A stretch of DNA of 64,000 bases. Source: Felis catus (Eukaryota). Of the stretch, positions 25,960 to 37,971 are shown in pieces. The stretch's first letter is position 1. Every line of letters starts with the position of its first letter. The notes under the pieces are model-generated. The model did not search any database. It had not been told where the DNA came from and saw only the letters and a list, made by a program, of their open reading frames with translations. Made by a program: the position numbers and the translations under genes. The stretch is from NCBI RefSeq assembly GCF_018350175.1, contig NC_058368.1:54686001-54750000 (forward strand), read 5' to 3'.

Positions 25960-26160
25960 CATGGTTAATCTCGGCAGTCCGAAGAAATATAACTGAGTTT
26001 ACTTTCAGGACTTCACTATCTAGAACACTGAATCACAAATTTATCAGAGTCAGTTTCCATACCTATAAAATAGAAATAAAAAAGATCTCCTTCCTCTTTG
26101 CTATTGTGGTTGTGAAACTGCAGTGAGTTATTATATGCTAAACACATTAAAAATATGAGT
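25960..26160 (+). mobile_element. MIR fragment
   Basis: TCAGTTTCCATACCTATAAAATAGAAATAA...TTGTGAAACTGCAGTGAG MIR core. Confidence 0.55.
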
Positions 26161-27734
26161 TGATATTAGTTTGTATGCATTGCCATGGTACCTTACCCTC
26201 AGCAGAACATCAACATGATATTTTCCACCAAATGTTTTAATGATAATTATTGCTCTGTTCTTTGTCTGTTTTTTCCCATCATGGCACACGCTTTTATTAA
26301 AGAGGGGAATATTTATGAAAATTTACTTTATGTGAATGCTCCTCAGGTCAGTGGAAATGGAACATTATTTTTATTCCTGACCATTAGTGTAATCACAGTC
26401 TGGTCTTCATATCGCCAACAGAAAAGATAAATAATGTCAAACCTTGAAAACAGCTCCTACAAAAATAAAATTATACTCTAAATATGTTTATTATTTTTCA
26501 TTAGATAAACTGAGTAGCAATTTATTCTAAAATATAAAATGTAGAAAATCTGACTTGTCAGTTAGCTTTTCTTTTGGTTAGCATCAATAATACCCCGATA
26601 TTAAGAACGGTTCAGACTAGTTAATTAACTTATTTTGGAACAGGGCTACATCTATAATTTGGAAAGACCATCTTATAATTTACCTATCCTGAAATTCTGC
26701 TCATATGAAACAGGTTGGGTTAATAACTGTTTAGCTTAATATCATAATATTTTTTCTTTGTTTTATATTTGATTTAGTCTCCTTTACTGAATTAGAGCTA
26801 TGTTTATTATGTCATTAGCCTCACTTTTAATGAGGAGAAAGTAAAAGTGAAGTCCTGGCCTTTTACATCCACAGTGTGTAGTTTGCCAGTAACAGAGACA
26901 GAAACAGAAACACCCTGTTTCTGATTTCCTGTTTATTTTGTTGTTGTTGTTGTTGCTTGTATACACAAGAAATGTCTGCCTATGGTCTGAATACAACAGA
27001 AGTTGGAATCCTCTTCTGCTTAACCCTTTTTTATTCTGGGTAAAATCACTAAAATGATAGCTAATCAGGTAAAATATATTCTTTATGCTCGGGATAGATG
27101 GGATACTGTAGAAAAAAGAAGGCTGCCACTGAGTTCCTGAATGTGATGCTCCTCAACCTGGGTCACAGCTGTTTTGTGATTTTTTTCCCAGTTTAAGAGA
27201 ACTTTATTTCAAACAGTTTTTTCCTAGAATATGAAATGAAACAGCAGGTATAGAATTGAACTGAAAAGGAATTTGGCATTGGAAAAGACCTGTCTTTAGG
27301 TATGGATGGAAAAGGTTGATTCTTATGGAAAGTCATCAGGAAATTAGAGACCCAGATATTTCCCATTCTAATGGGAGAAACAACAACAGCAAACAGCCTG
27401 AGGTTGGTTTCAAGTTCAAAATTGGTCATGTTCTATTTTGTGCATCCTACGGAAGGCTACAGGTTTAATCTTTCTTCTTTTCTTAGTAAGGTATCAGGTG
27501 CATAAGTATGAATTGACCACACTCCTCACCGATGCACATTGTTGCCATCAGTTCAAGTCTCTTTTATTAAGTTATTCATATGTTTATTCCTTCCATCCTC
27601 ATTCTTCACTGCTTAGTGAAAATATTTTCATTTGTATACATTTATAGATAAAATATTATTTTTTTCCATGCATGCAAAACTTTTAAGCTTGCATGCATGT
27701 TGTTATTTTTATAGATTACATTGTCTTTCTTCTT

Positions 27735-27953
27735 CCTTTTTTTAAAAAAATTGTTTATTTATTTTTTGGCAGAGAGAGACAGAGCATGAGGGGGAGGGGC
27801 AGAGAGAGAGAGAGAGAGACATAGAATCTGAAGCAGGCTCCAGGCTCTGAGCTGTCAGCACAGAGCCCGACACGGGGCTCGAACTCACAGACCATGAGAT
27901 CATGACCTGAGCCAAAGTTGGACACTCAACCAACTGAGCCACCCAGGCACCCC
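27735..27953 (-). mobile_element. Can-SINE (younger, nested at tail of next SINE)
   Basis: Full-length; TSD ACATTGTCTTTCTTCTT at 27718-27734 and 27955-27971. Confidence 0.96.
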
Positions 27954-27971
27954 AACATTGTCTTTCTTCTT

Positions 27972-28084
27972 AAGTTTTATTTATTTAAGTGATCTCTACA
28001 CACCCCAGGTGGGGGCTCCGTGCAAAATTACAAGTCTGAGGTCAAGAGTCGCATGCTTTTCTAGCTGAGCCAGCCAGGCATCCT
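27972..28084 (-). mobile_element. Short older Can-SINE
   Basis: TTTAAGTGATCTCTACAC...GAGGTCAAGAGTCGCATGCT...CTGAGCCAGCCAGGCATCC; outer TSD GATTACATT at 27714-27722 and 28085-28093. Confidence 0.88.
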
Positions 28085-28093
28085 GATTACATT

Positions 28094-28610
28094 CTGTTTC
28101 AATTACATTTTAGATCCAGCAGCATTTCCATGTGCACCTCCTGCATGGTATTCTGTGGTATCATCCACCCTTTCTACATTCCCACTCTCTTAGGGATATT
28201 CAGGTTCTTTCAACTGTCTACCAACAAAACAAGTAAGCAATGACTATCCTTGTATATGTCCCCCAAAGGGCATGTTGATCATTGCTTTGTTGTTCGCGCT
28301 AAGGAAAAGAACTGCATGACATAAGGTCTGCATAAGTCATGTTCAATTCTGTTAACATCTGCCAAATAATTCTGCAAATTGGATTTACTAGTGTTCACTC
28401 CTTCCATTGAGCATGTGGATCCTGTTAACTCATATCCTTCTCATAACTTGTCTAATTCTTGTTACTCTAACAATTACAGAATATTTTAAAGGTGTGATTT
28501 GAAATACTCCGATTTCTTATATGTGCAATCATCTCTTCACAGATCTTATATCCTGTTACACTTCCTATTCTGGATAAAGTCTGTTAATATATTTGTCCAT
28601 GTTTCTATGA
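28094..28610 (-). mobile_element. Old L1 (L1ME-like) fragment
   Basis: GCAATGACTATCCTTGTATATGTC...GCCAAATAATTCTGCAAATTGGATTTACTAGTGTTCACTCC antisense L1 ORF2 end. Confidence 0.6.
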
Positions 28611-31600
28611 CATTAATAAATTAACACATGTATGTATGCGTGTCTGTGTGCATGTGAGTGTTTGAGAGAGGGAAAGAAACAGAGGAATTGTGGGTGTTAT
28701 TTATACTTACCATAAACTTTAGTATCACATTATGTTTGATGTTATGAGTAATTCAAATGAAGACCTGAATCCTGTTCAAATAAAACTTATTATTTTGCTT
28801 AGAGATACAAAATTTTCTGACGCACACACAATTTGTAATTAGAAGGCAGTATGCAATAGCATGCTATACAAGTGGAAGAACAGTGATGGATAGAGGTCAC
28901 CAGTACACAGATCACCACCCCCTGGGTTGGTCAAGGAAGGATCCTAAGCAAAATCCACAGCTAAGTCAGCATAAATTGAGGCACGGAAGAGTTTAACGTA
29001 TTTCTGTGCAAAAGCAAAAACAGAAAATAGCATGCTTATCCTCTACCTTCCTTTTCTTATTTCTATCCAAGCTGTTCTCTCAATATTTTTACCTCTTTGC
29101 ATTCAAATCCTGTTTTTCACATTGATAAGTTTAAATTGATAAGCTTCTAAAATGTATTTTTAGTAGAACACTTGCCCAAAGAAAATATGTATGTATAATT
29201 AAGTTACACACACACACACGCACGCACACACAAACATACACACACACAAACTTACCAGATCAAAGCAGTTCCACTCTGATTGCATGGGAGTGGGGGCGGG
29301 TACATTAACGCCACCTGCTAATCACTCTCCTTATGGGCCTCCTGGGAACTTCATAGGAAAATTAGTGTCCAGCTCAAAAATATTTTAAAACCTTGAGATA
29401 GATCTGTGTATATTATAGGGGATAATAACCTACTTTACTTTTAATAGATATTCTACTATAATTCATGTCCCAAAGCATCTAATAAGGAGGATAAGGTAAC
29501 AGAGTTTCATAAAGTAGCCAGAACTCTGTGATTGCATAACTAACAATCTATCTTCCACTTTTATTAATAGAGTGTGTTTTATTTGGGGGGTACTTTAGCA
29601 GAGTGGGGTCGATGGGAGCTGCTCTTTGGTACTACCATGGACTAAATCAGACAATTTACTGTGTTAAGAATGAGCACAAATTTTCCTATGCTCAGTATGC
29701 ACATTAGTTTCCAATAGTTTTAGAACAGTTAAGAATGTATTTCTCAGAATGAAGGATATATTTGTCCTTCCTGTACAAAAGCCAAAACAGAAAATCTCAT
29801 GCTGGACTTTCCCTTTTTCTTACCCCTACTCAAGCTGTTGCTCCCCTAAATTTTTCTTGTCTCTTCTTTTTCAAATTTGACGTCTCCTTCAAATGCCCCC
29901 CTACTCAACAGCCATACCTTTATTCATCTCAAAATATGTATCTGAACTGTCCTGAGCCAACTGCTTTGTTAGTTAACTGGTTGTCTATGTATGATATTTG
30001 TTCAACCTACAAGCTTCAAGCCAGGAATCTTTTTCTATCTTTCCTATTGTCTTTTAAACGCCCTGAATTTTGTTGAATCTGCCAACATTCTTGAGCACAC
30101 AGTGCATTCGGTGTACCATATGTGCAGAGCGTTGATTAACTAAACATTTGAACCTTTGACATATATAGTATTAGTTAAATCACTAAAATGATTTTGCCTA
30201 GTTAAAGCATCTCTTCTATATTCCAAATATTTATAATGAATAAAAGTGCTTAGAGTGTGAAATTTCCATTAGTTTATAACTAGTGTCAATTCTTTTTTTA
30301 GTCCTTAGCTTAAACGACAGAATCTACATTCAGGAATATCTTCATGAGGTTACACCTGTCAGGTGGGTCTGTAAAACCCAACAGGTCCGGCCCATAGCCA
30401 TTATACCATTGTGACAAACGAAACCAGTAGATGGCACTATCACTTAGCAAAACCCAACACTGATTTTTTTTAGGTCTTTGTGCAATAATCAGACTATCCT
30501 TAAAATTCCCCAATAGAATGAGCTGACAAAGACCTTGCTTAGCCACAATCAATCATTATTCACTAGTAGGTTAAATGGTTAGATATACGTGATTGCATCA
30601 AGCTCAGGATAAAACTTTGACATAATTTTATATTTGTTGAACATTTATACATTTAGCATATTGCTGCTTTTGTGTCCATTATGCAAACACATAATTGGAG
30701 AATCACATTAAAATTGGTTTTTACATTCACATTTGATAATGTAAATTATTATCCTTAAAATATTTTTCTTAAATTTAGAGAGGGTACGGTCCGTTTTATA
30801 GAATTATAAATGCTGCATGTTGTTTGAGACCCTTACAAAGCACCTGGGTTCTGACATATTTTGTTTGTATTGTGTAAGTTCTCAAGATATATATCTTTAT
30901 ATATACATATATCTTTGCTAACTTGTTTTGCTCAGATAATAATGTGCCTAGTTTCATGGATCTGTCTTTACTGACACTGCAATGCCGCTCATGTTATAGT
31001 TTATCTTACCAGGTTAAGTGCCAGACTTAAGTAGAGATGAAATGCTAAAAATAACAGAGATTATTTTACAATAAGCATGATAGATTACCTTAAGTCTCAT
31101 ATTTTATGTTTTGCCTATTGACATTGTTTTAATTCTTGCATATAATATTTAGATGGCTGAACATAAGAAAAAAATAAGGCCCCAGTGACATGTTTGGAAT
31201 TGAAGGTAGAGAGGCTTGTAAGAAGTGAATTAGAGTTTATGGTGGTTGTTGTGGTTTTATTTCACTTGTTCTGTTTTCTCCAAAATTCTTAAGACAAAAG
31301 GGAATGCATCATAGCTAACTGTTCTTATGATTAGTATGTTGCCCTTTTTAATGAAGTACAAACAAGAATGACAGTTGTATGAAAACATGTCATGGAGTAT
31401 ATGTAATATGTATACTTAGAAACCTAAATGTGAATATAAAAACAACGATCTGCTTAGCTCTAATAAATCTAACTAGTGAGTCGGATGCTTAATGGAAATG
31501 AATTGAGTAAAGCTCCAAGTGTATCCACTGGAGTAAATCAATGTTCTAAATTCTGTAGAAAGCAACTGGAGTGTGTCACACAAGCATCCAAAGAAAACAG

Positions 31601-32515
31601 GTGGTGATTTCAGATTTCCCAGGTGAGAATTACAATCAAGTTGCAATTGTGGGTCTCTCCTGTATAAGAGCAAATATGGATTGTTCTTTATAGTCATGCT
31701 CTGCTGGTGTTCTGTTTGCCGCAGACGTTCGCTTTTCAAGCGACATCTCCTTTACAGGCAGATAAATTCATCTTTTTTGCCAAAGACATTCGTAATTGTC
31801 AGAGCCTTTGCTGGATTCTTTTTTTCCTTTGGACTGGGGTGAATCAGTTGTTTAAAGAGTGAGAAAATGCTCACACATTTCTTCTTTCTTCCACTAGCTG
31901 TAGCTGTCTTTCATGCTTTATGAAATGCCCCCTGCTAATCAAAGCCAAATAGTGCATAATGGACTTTCCTGAAAGCTGAAATGTATTTATCCTAAGTATG
32001 AGGCATTTGAGCAGTCTGTGATTTAACCTTCGCTATTTGTTTTCTCTTATCAAGTGATTGACAGGATGAGGCAACTGCAATCCATTTTTCTGATTAATAT
32101 ACTGTCATGCACTTTGATTTCCTCCATATGAAGGTTACAAAGACTAGGTGGTGCCACCAAGGAAAAGACAAGTTCTCATAAAGGAAAATGCCAAATGCAT
32201 TCTGTTTTGTGGAAGATAGCTGAGGCTGTAAAGTTTAATGAAAGAATCAGGGTCTTGGGAACCAGAGAAGCCTGGGGATAGGCTTCAGCTGGCCAACTTA
32301 CATGGTTTAGACAGTTGTCTCAGCATATGGTATCATTCTAGGAGGCACTTTACTCACCCACTCATCCTACCATGTTAATATTATTGAATCAATATCAGTT
32401 TACTGGCAAATTTACAATTATACTTGGCAGCATTTCTGTTTCTTGTGGAAATAAGATGATATGTATCTTCTAATGAATGAAGTTAGTTTTAGATTCATTG
32501 AAATAACGTAATCCT

Positions 32516-32700
32516 GGGGCATCGAGGTGGTGCAGATGGTTGAGCATCCAGCTCAGGTCATGATCTCATGGTTCAAGAGTTCAATCCCCATATCTCACTC
32601 GCTGCTGTCAGCGCAGAGCCTCCTTCGGATCCTCAGTCTCCCTCTCTCTCTGCCCTCCCCCTGCTTGCACACTCTCTCAAAAATAAACAAACATTAAAAA
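32516..32700 (+). mobile_element. Can-SINE
   Basis: GGGGCATCGAGGTGGTGCAG head, CT tract, tail; TSD AAATAA(C/G)GTAATCCT at 32501-32515 and 32701-32715. Confidence 0.93.
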
Positions 32701-32715
32701 AATAAGGTAATCCTT

Positions 32716-32840
32716 ACGGACTTCTGTTTCGTTACTGGAAAATACATTTATCGGTTCTTACCTAAAGGGGTTGTGGTGAGCACTGACTGTGATGGCATAT
32801 GGAAAGCGCCTGCCACATAACAGAGTTCATTTAACATTAA
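32716..32840 (+). mobile_element. MIR fragment
   Basis: CTTACCTAAAGGGGTTGTGGTGAG...GCATATGGAAAGCGCCTGCCACATA resembles MIR 3' half. Confidence 0.55.
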
Positions 32841-33235
32841 TCGTGATCTTGTGTTCTTTTTCAAGCGTAATCAACGCAAAGGTTGTGAAATGGCAAATCA
32901 TTACAAGAAGGGATTTTTCTATCCTTCCACAAATGAAAACAAATATTTCATGAGATTAAAGTAAGCTAATATTCAAATTTTCCTTTTGAAGTGGGAAAGC
33001 TGAAGGGATTCCATTTTAGAAAGGCTCCATCTCTGTTTTTCTGCTACGCCCCATTTGCTCATGTTCCATATTTTGCCTCTGAATAAGCCAAAAAAGCTGT
33101 ATACCCATTTCAAGGGAGAAACAAGAAAGCTAATCATTCTCTGAGTTTTGTCGTAGGCGCAAAACACATGATGACACTTAAGAAGAGCCACATCCCAAAC
33201 ATGTTTCAGAATATTAGCTTCAAATAAGCTTCTGC

Positions 33236-33577
33236 TGATGCTGGCATCAATACCCCTACCTTCAGTAATTTTCAGACTAATGCCTCTTATTCACCTGACA
33301 CTTCTGATTAAACACTACCATGGATTCCTAAAAAAACATGTATCCTAGATCCTTTTCCAATAAAACCCCTCAGCCCCAAGCACTGATGAGACTCATTCTT
33401 TCCTTTCCAAGCTTCAAAGATATTCTATCAGCTATTTTCTGTCATTCACGCTGTTCAGTAAACTCTGTTTTCACTTTCTCTGACTTGAGTTTGGTTTCTA
33501 TCCTGCATGAAGCCAAGGACCCTCTTGGCTGGTCCTACGAAAACTTCTGGGTTTTTGGACTCAGCCTGCCTGCATCA
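33236..33577 (+). mobile_element. ERV1-class (MER4-group-like) solo LTR, start uncertain
   Basis: AGTAAA poly(A)-like signal, then TCCTGCATGAAGCCAAGGACCCTC...CAGCCTGCCTGCATCA, an ERV1-type U5 end. Confidence 0.55.
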
Positions 33578-34262
33578 GTTTCTCCTCTTAAATTATTCTT
33601 TGATAGCATTGAAAGAAGGAACTTTTATTTTCCAGTTTATTTTCCCTTTGGAAGTCAGGTTATTGATTATAGTATTTCCAGAGCATAAGATAATCAGATA
33701 ATTATCATTCTATAACTTATTGCTCAGAAATCATAAACTGTTACTACTTACTATATTTATTACAGGCACATCAACATTAGTAAATTATTCAAGCAATAGA
33801 CAAAATAGTGTTCATTGGCTTCTATTCATATTCTACTACTGAACTGATACTGACCCTCAATGATCAAGCAATTTAATATTGTATAAACCTGTGACATGCT
33901 GAAAATGAGAAGAGTGACTTATTTAATGTGGTTTTTATATGAGAATTAATGGCTACAATGTATCATTCTAAACTTGAAAATATTTTACAGTGCCACTGTG
34001 TGACATTGTTAAGGTGGAATGGATAGGCATCACTCTGAGATTTGAGGTAAGGCACATTGTATTTTGCATTAATTAACACTTGCAATTCATGTTCAATAAA
34101 ATTCCAATGTTTATTTCCAACACTGTTCATGTTTTACTTATACTTATATCTCAAAAACAATGAACCCTTACAATGAAGTGAGTAAATCAGGGTGCTTTAG
34201 GGTTATGTGTGGATAAAATAATCACTTCTATGATAAATGATTTGTCTATCTTATTAATTTTA

Positions 34263-35105
34263 CTTTTCATTTATTTTTTCAATTTGAAAGTAGTTATTTA
34301 TTAACTGACCAGATTACAAAAAGTAATCATAGTAGACACCTTGGTTCATCTTTATAATAAGTTTATTGAACTGATCTTCCCTGTTGCCAGCATTTCCACC
34401 TTCTACAGAATGGGTGGTCTTTTTCTTCATTCTCTCTCCTGGAGATGATAATTTGAAGGGCCATAAAAAGTTGTTTGCTTCTTTGAAACATTTTCCAACA
34501 ATATAGATCTCGTGATTCAGATCCTCCATGCAGATGATGCCATATTTACCAAGAGATCAAACAATCAATGTGTTATCTGTCAGGACAATTCATTTCTTAT
34601 TGACTTTGCCATAACCATACTTGTACATCAATTCATTCACCAACTTCAGGTTTGGGTACTCTCCTCACCCCCATGTAAGGTTACACAATCCTTAGCATGT
34701 TAACAGAAGCCTTGTTAAGTTTAACAAAGGTGACATTGAACATCTGGTGAAGGCAAAGAAGCTGCAACACTTTTTGAAACTTTAGGTTCACACCATTGAT
34801 ACCTTTGACCCTGATGACAAAAGCCAATTTAGTTCTGCAGGAACATAGGAGTTGCCAGTTTTTCTTGCCATCCCGGCCATTTGAATCTCAGGTTTGTATA
34901 ACTGCCTATATGCTTGTGGTAATGCTTAGCTTTTTCATAAATGAACTTCCTCCTTACCATTCGAAGCATCTTTTGGGCAAACTTCCTTCCCAGATGCTTG
35001 ATCTTCAACTCTGAATTCCTTCGCTTTTTCCTAAGGGTTTCTAGCACAGCAGGAATCTCCTTTTCCTTCTCTTCTGCACCCTCCATGGTTCCAGCCAGAA
35101 AAGCC
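34263..35105 (-). pseudogene. RPL7: Processed pseudogene of 60S ribosomal protein L7 (uL30)
   Basis: Minus-strand translation gives [30 protein letters not shown]...FAQKMLR...[10 protein letters not shown] (ATG at 35086) and [30 protein letters not shown]...[28 protein letters not shown]. Intronless; 5' UTR CTTTTCTGGCTGGAACC; AATAAA at 34302-34297; poly(A) remnant; 15-bp TSD ATCTTATTAATTTTA at 34248-34262 and 35106-35120. Frameshifts, internal stops (TAA, TGA, TGA) and the native stop changed to CAA (34341-34343). Confidence 0.97.
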
Positions 35106-35482
35106 ATCTTATTAATTTTAAATAAAATTAATCCTATATTTAATCCTAAAGAAACTTTCAAAGTTGAGAAATCTATTTTAACATACAAGGTTTAGTTTTA
35201 ACCAATAGTTTTAATATTGGTGATAATTATGTAATCAAAAATTATGCTTTGGTCAAATTATGTAGTTAGTTACAATAGTAACTTTTTTTCTCAGTAAGTG
35301 TTCCTTCTAAAGTGTTCCTTCCTTGTCTAAAACTTTGACTACAAATACAAATTCATTTTTATATTGACCCTGAGACTATTTTTTCTGTATATAGGAAATG
35401 AAAAACAAAACAAAACAAAAAGAGAACAGCAGAAGACAGACACTTGGCAACAGCAGTTATCTTTAAAAGTCATATTCTTCTA

Positions 35483-35693
35483 GGGGTGCCTGGGTGGCTC
35501 AGTTGGCTTAGGCTCAGGTCATGATCTCACCATTTGTGGGTTCAAGCCCCACATCCGGCTCTGTGCTGACAGCTTGGAGCCTGGAGCCTGTTTCAGATTC
35601 TGTGTCTCCCTCTGCCCCTCCCCAACTTGTGCTCTGTCTCTCTCTCAAAAATAAACATAAAATAATTATTTTAAATATAAAACTAAAAAAAAT
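35483..35693 (+). mobile_element. Can-SINE with short internal deletion
   Basis: GGGGTGCCTGGGTGGCTCAGTTGG head joined early to GGCTCAGGTCATGATC; CT tract and A tail. Confidence 0.94.
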
Positions 35694-36357
35694 AAAATCA
35701 TACTCTTTTAGACAAGCTGTTCTAAAATAGTAGATTTGAGGATGAAAGCTGAATAATTGTAAGTGAATGAAAATTACACAATGGCTACAGAAATGGGAAA
35801 AGGGGTGAAGAGAATAGAGGATAAAAGAAGAAAGCAAACATTTTCTCCAAAAGAAACACTTGACTGGGAAGGGAGATAAACATAAGCCCAAAGGAATCCT
35901 AATTCCTGTTGATGAAAGTTTACATTTTTTCCTTTTCCTCTAACTTCTCACATCTCCTTTGTTTCCACTCTTTCTCTCTCCTTCTTTCCCCTTATTGCCT
36001 TAGTTTTCCCTTATGTTACTTCATTCAAGATCTTGCTGATTCTTCATATATCTGGTTTGTTCTTTTAACCTTGAAAATATTCATAGTGGGTAAATGAAGC
36101 TGGAATAGCTATTTAATTTGGTTTATGTTGCTAGAGAGATGCAAGATATTCTGTGGCTGAAAATTCTGAAGCACTTTAATTTATCTAGTAGGATAAAGTT
36201 TTGAAATGTTAATGGGTTTGATTTTCCTTTTTTTTTCTTCCTTTCTTTTCCCTATTGCTTAGTCTTTTCCACACTGAAATGCAACATAAAGGTAGATAAA
36301 AATAGAAGGCTTCATTGCACTGACCTTCACAGACCCCAAATTAACCACTAAGCCACC

Positions 36358-36359
<2 letters not shown>

Positions 36360-36408
<49 letters not shown>
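36360..36408. repeat. (CA)24 microsatellite
   Basis: Directly visible. Confidence 0.97.
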
Positions 36409-36410
<2 letters not shown>

Positions 36411-36789
36411 ATCCATCTGTATATCACCTGTGCATATAAAATAAAAACCTTAAATGAAGACTCTAACACTGCTTATTTTTATCTCTGTAGTAGAATGAAG
36501 TTAGCTGAGTTAAAGAAGAGCCAGTGCATTTGATTCACATGCCTGTTATTGATGGTAACTGCTAAGACTTCAGATATCAGGTACTGCATGTCTTATGGAT
36601 TACTAACCCTATGATGTGAGGAAATTCTGTATAAGGAAATAGCCATGTCCCAATGGATAAATCAATAAACAGAGAATATGTAATTCTCAGAACCAACTGA
36701 TAAGATGAAGTTTTTTTAAAAAAAATCTGAAAACACTGGATCTGAAAAAATACTAATAATGCTTACAATCTCTTAAAGAGTTACCAGTT

Positions 36790-37430
36790 ACTTGTCAGAA
36801 GGAAGTTTGCTACATCTAAACTACGACCTGATGATTTTATTACTAGGTATATACCCTAGAGAAATCCTTTCTCCTATGCAACAGGCGACATATATAATAT
36901 TGTTCCAACTACATAAGAAAACTGGGAAAACATTGCTTCACAAAATCATGAATAAGTTGTGGAATATCACCAGAATGGAATCCTACGCATCAATTAAAAT
37001 GAATAAACGTAGCTAAATTAATTAATTAAAAACATAATATTGAGTCCCCCAAATAATAAACATAGCATAAACCTTTAATATACATATAAAAACTAGCAAA
37101 ATGAAAAATTTGTTATAAAATATAATGAAATATATATGTATATACATATATGTCTTAATGTATATACACGTGTATACAATACATATGGAAATAAATGTAT
37201 ATACACATATATACAATATATATAGAAATAAATGAAAGAAAATGATGTGTAAAAAATTCAAGACCTTTAGATAGCAAAACAAGGAACACCCAGTGGATCT
37301 CAAAAATAAGTTCAATTTTCAAGGTATGAATGTAGTCATTGAAGACTGAAACTTTTCTTAATGGTATTATTTTTAGTTGCCATATATATTATCTATATTT
37401 TGCATGTACGAAATGTGAAAAATATTTAAA
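36790..37430 (+). mobile_element. Old L1 (L1ME-like) 3' fragments with AT-rich low complexity
   Basis: TTACTAGGTATATACCCTAGAGAAAT...AATAAGTTGTGGAATATCACCAGAATGGAATCCTACGCATCAATTAAAATGAAT. Confidence 0.65.
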
Positions 37431-37516
37431 AATAAAAATTAAGTGAAAGTAAAAGCAGTATAAATCCCCTTTTTTAGTTTATTTTTAATCCCTTTAAAAT
37501 ATATGTATTAGTAAAT

Positions 37517-37971
37517 GGGGCATCTGGGGTGGTTCAGTTGGTTAAGCTTCCAACTCTTGCTTTCAGCTTAGGTCACGATCTCATGGTGAGTTCCAGCCCG
37601 CCATCTGGCTCTGTGCTGCCAGTGCAGAGCCTGCTTGGGATTCTCTTTTTCACCCTCTCTCTGCCGCTCATCCTCTCGCCGTGTCTCTGTCTCTTTCAAA
37701 AATAAATAAATAGGGGCGTCTGGGTGGCTCAGTGGCTTAAACCTCTGACTTCAGTCTAGGTCACAATCTCACCATACTGAGTTCAAGCCCCCACCCCCAC
37801 CTGGCTCTAGGTTCTGTGCTGACAGCTCAGAGCCTGGAGCCCGTTTCAGATTCTGTATCTCCCCCTCTCTCTCCCTCTGCTCCTCCCTCACTCATGTTCT
37901 GTCTCTCTCTCTCCCAAAAATACACATTAAAATTTTTTAATTAAAAAATAAATAAACTTTAAAAATATATA
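37517..37971 (+). mobile_element. Older Can-SINE whose tail hosts a second SINE
   Basis: Body 37517-37711; TSD TTTAAAATATATGTATTAGT at 37493-37512 and 37972-37991. Confidence 0.92.
37713..37943 (+). mobile_element. Nested Can-SINE
   Basis: GGGGCGTCTGGGTGGCTCAG head; flanked by AAAAATAAATAAA at 37698-37710 and 37944-37956. Confidence 0.93.

Noticed and set aside
32142..32156. CTCF-like GACTAGGTGGTGCC
   Set aside because: Mismatches at the 5' CC and in the GGC core; too weak to call.
34829..35188. 119-aa ORF as an N-terminally extended RPL7 variant
   Set aside because: The extension is flanking DNA and TSD upstream of the retrocopy, and the frame shifts out of RPL7 after HYHK.
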